Shown here piece by piece: positions 61,192-64,000 of a stretch of DNA of 64,000 bases. Position 1 is the stretch's first letter, and each line of letters starts with the position of its first letter. The stretch lies in assembly GCA_000004695.1 (NCBI GenBank), contig CM000153.2, forward strand, positions 4,128,001 through 4,192,000, read 5' to 3'. Source of the stretch: Dictyostelium discoideum (Eukaryota). The notes under the pieces are model-generated. The model saw only the letters and a list, made by a program, of their open reading frames with translations, did no database searches and was not told the DNA's origin. Both the position numbers and the translations under genes were made by a program.

Positions 61192-61457
61192 ATAGTAATA
61201 GTAGTAGTAATAGTGGTAGTAATGAAAACAAAAAAGAAAAAGAAAATTCATCATCTAAAAAATTAATTATAATAAGTTTATCAATTTTATTTTCTTTAAT
61301 TTTATTAGGTTTATTAGGTTTTGGTTTCTATAAAAAAACAATTAAAAATAATTATTTAAATTTAAATTATATAAAAATTAAAATAAACTCGAATGAATAT
61401 GATGATGACCAACGAGATAATTTTTCAAAAAATAATATAAATTTAGTTAACCTTTAA
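58251..61457 (+). pseudogene. LRR + EGF-like + TM family unit 3, pseudogene. Exon-like blocks: 58251..58332, 58396..58621, 58724..59074, 59143..59284, 59452..59523, 59606..59689, then a remnant ORF 59796..61457.
   Basis: Seen: exons 1-3 are intact and in phase ('MKRRGFILFFLFIFFELNQTTIVGSE', '...MDVNINKTIAIQILNINQLIIKRDFNVYFSKFVNVRNFEIYTLRSKHQ...'). Exon 4 has a 1-nt insertion, 'ggtgctatagaAattaactcc', where unit 4 has 'ggtactatagaattaactcc'. This creates a frameshift and an in-frame TAA at 59276-78. Relative to unit 4, ~110 nt are deleted at the exon 7 acceptor and start ('ttttcattgtaatta[...]tggtacgataccaacaaag'). No in-phase acceptor remains, and every candidate AG gives an immediate stop. 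The remnant exon 7 ORF also carries an (AGT)~35 poly-Ser expansion (61090-61200) that the other units lack. Confidence 0.65.
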
Positions 61458-61883
61458 AGTAAAAAAAAAATAAAAAATAAAAATAAAAAAAGAATAAAAT
61501 TCTTTTTTTTGTGGGTTTGAATCTATATCTGCCTTATATCTATGGGTCTTTGATAATATCTCTTTTTTTTTTTTTTTTTAATTATCTAACTAAATGCATA
61601 GACAACCTTCAAAACACAACCACTTAAATGTGGTTTTTGTTTTTTTTCGAAATTGTGGAGATATTTTTTTTTACGAAAAAAAAAAAGAAAAAAAGAAAAA
61701 AAAAAAAAAAAATTTTTTAATATGACAATCACTCCTAAGGTTTCCATTAAAAAAGGACTTTTTTTTTTTTTTTGTTTCCAATCACATATAGTTTATTATA
61801 AACAGTGTTTTATTTTTATCTTTTATCTTCCCAACGCAAAACAATTTTTTTTTTTTTTTTTTTAAAAACTCAAAATCTTTATA

Positions 61884-62717
61884 ATGAAAAGAAGAGGTTT
61901 TATACTGTTTTTCTTTTTATTCATATTTTTAAAGTTAAACCAAACAACTATGGTTGAATCAGAATGTAATATTTTAAATTTATTTATTTATTATTTTATT
62001 ATTAAAATTCTAATTATTATTTTTTTTTTTTTTTTATTAGATAAATGTTTATATAATTTATTAAGTAAAATATTAAACGTATCAAAAAACTTTTATAAAG
62101 AATCTAAAAATAGATATGCACTTTGTCAGACTGAAGATAAATTCAATTCTAAATGGGCAGAGTGTTCTAATGGTTTGGTTGGATTTATTTATTTGGGTGG
62201 TAATAATAAAAGTACAATATTTTCAAACAATGATTTTAATTGTTTTTCTTCTTTGCATTTTATGTAAGTAATAATAATAATAATAAAAATAAAAATAATT
62301 ATAAAAATAATTTTAATACTTAATAAATATCATTTTATTAATATTTTTCAAAAAGAGAAATATTTTTTAATTATAAATTTGAAAGAAATTTTTTATTTGG
62401 ACTCCCAAATAATTTAGTTAGTTTAAAATCACATTCTTCAGATGGATCATTAATTGATATGGATGTCAATGCTAACAAAACAATATCATTTAATTTTTTA
62501 TATATTTATCAATTAACAATTAAAAGAGATTTTAATATTTATTTTTCAAATTTTGTTAATATTGTAGATTTTGAAATTGAAACCCTCGAATCAAACTATC
62601 AAATTAATTATATAAATGATTTGGTAAAGTTTAAAATTTTTAATCATGTTTCATTTTCTTCAAATAATATACCATCAATGAATTATATACAAACATATAT
62701 GTTGTAAGTTTTTAATA

Positions 62718-62749
<32 letters not shown>

Positions 62750-62938
62750 TTAAATAATACTAAATTAATAATCTAAATTTTATTAAATAGAAATATAAAT
62801 TTAAATTCAAATTTTAATATGGAATCATTTTCCAACTTTTCAACATACACAAAAATAGGTACTATAGAATTAACTCCATCAGATCCATCAATGATTTTCC
62901 CATTTCCATTCCTTCCTTCTATTCAATCATTGTATTTA

Positions 62939-63030
<92 letters not shown>

Positions 63031-64000
63031 GACTTTTGATTTATTTTATTATTATAATTATTATAATATAAAGAACAATAAATTATCAAATAGATAAACC
63101 ATCGGATTTTATTGATTTATCTAAATTTGAAATTTTAACGACTTTGTAGGTATTTATTATATTTAAAATGTTACTTTTCTAAACTTTTCTCTAACTTTTT
63201 TTAATAATTATTAATATAATTTAAAAGAAAATTGACAAATGTTGGAGTTTTATTTAATATAGATGGTGAATTACCATTCATTAATACGCAGAATATTTAT
63301 AATTTGTAAGTTTTTTTTATTTATTTATATTTTAGTTTTCATTGTAATTAAAGTATTAATTTTATCTACATCCTTTTTTCAATTAGAGAGTTTTCAAATG
63401 GGAAAATCAATTATTTAAATTATACAAATTTACCACCCAATTTACGTTATTTAACAATGGAAAATGATGGTATGACAGGTACGATACCAACAAAGTATCC
63501 AGATAATTTTTTAACCCTTTTTTTAATGGGTAATAAGTTGACAGGAGAACTCGATGAAAGTTGGTTTGATAAAATCTATGATTTTGATATTAGCGATAAC
63601 TATATTGATATTTATCTTCCATCATGTTTTAAATGTCATTATTTACAACCATCAATTAGCAGACCAATATCTGGCAATAGATTTAAAAATTTCGACCCAA
63701 ATAATTTAGAACCATGTTTAAGCATAGAATTAAATCTTTCATATAATAATTCCACTGATGAATTACTATTGTATGGTAGTGATCTTGGAGATTCAATGTC
63801 AATGAAGATATTAGATAACCCAATTTTAGTAATTGTTTATGGTGAACTATGTAAAGAATATAGAATTTTTAAACTTGCATGGAAGATAGGAGAAGTACCA
63901 AAAGCAATTAATTTAACATTTCCTTTTTTACCACAAGGTCAAAGAACGTTTGAAATCTCTGCATATAATGAATTTTTACCACAAATCGATAGTATAATTA
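61884..64000 (+). CDS. LRR + EGF-like + TM family unit 4, 3'-partial (runs off the window). join(61884..61965,62041..62263,62356..62703,62791..62931,63074..63145,63228..63305,63387..>64000).
   Basis: Seen: 'MKRRGFILFFFLFIFLKLNQTTMVESE' ends at a GTAATA donor. Exon 2 is 223 nt, like units 1 and 2. Exon 3 is '...MDVNANKTISFNFLYIYQLTIKRDFNIYFSNFVNIVDFEIETLESNYQINYINDLVKFKIFNHVSF...'. Exon 4 is 'LNINLNSNFNMESFSNFSTYTKIGTIELTPSDPSMIFPFPFLPSIQS' (141 nt); it ends at a non-consensus GTATTT donor, followed by a (TTA)n-rich intron. Exons 5 and 6 are 72 and 78 nt. Exon 7 is 'LEFSNGKINYLNYTNLPPNLRYLTMENDGMTGTIPTKYP...', still open at 64000. Confidence 0.7.

Noticed and set aside
61048-61266. ORF 61048..61266 + (poly-Val) and ORF 61072..61254 - (poly-Tyr).
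   Set aside because: They are other frames or the antisense of the (AGT)n poly-Ser tract.

Overview
This window is very AT-rich (about 75-80% A+T) nuclear DNA from a social amoeba, almost certainly Dictyostelium discoideum. The evidence is long poly(A)/poly(T) intergenic tracts, short AT-rich introns with GTAAGT/GTATGT donors and (T)nAG acceptors, and poly-N/Q/S/T runs inside genes. There are no rRNA or tRNA genes and no CRISPR, which would not be expected in a eukaryote anyway. Using the ORF track plus manual splice and phase checks, I resolved about 25 protein-coding loci. Housekeeping genes: a CTD-small-phosphatase-like NIF-domain protein, prefoldin subunit 6, an M18 aspartyl aminopeptidase, a GLUT-like sugar transporter, a NudC-like CS-domain protein, a hotdog-fold acyl-CoA thioesterase and the mitochondrial rRNA dimethyltransferase TFB1M. 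Accessory content: two very large tandem paralogs with cysteine-containing leucine-rich repeats, the second split by a homopolymer frameshift; a Tc1/mariner-type DNA transposon with a three-exon DDE transposase; an adjacent frame-disrupted locus; a B-box plus FNIP-repeat gene; a secreted cytidine-deaminase-like protein that lacks the zinc-binding cysteines; and a GlcN6P-deaminase (NagB) fused to a LmbE/PIG-L domain. Three tandem gene families stand out: 2OG-Fe(II) oxygenases (one intact copy and two or three pseudogenes), a P/Q-rich two-exon family with three members, and a four-member array of seven-exon LRR + EGF-like + transmembrane surface-protein genes, one of which (unit 3) is a pseudogene. 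All coordinates below come from manual phase tracking. Product calls are motif-based inference and have not been checked against any database.
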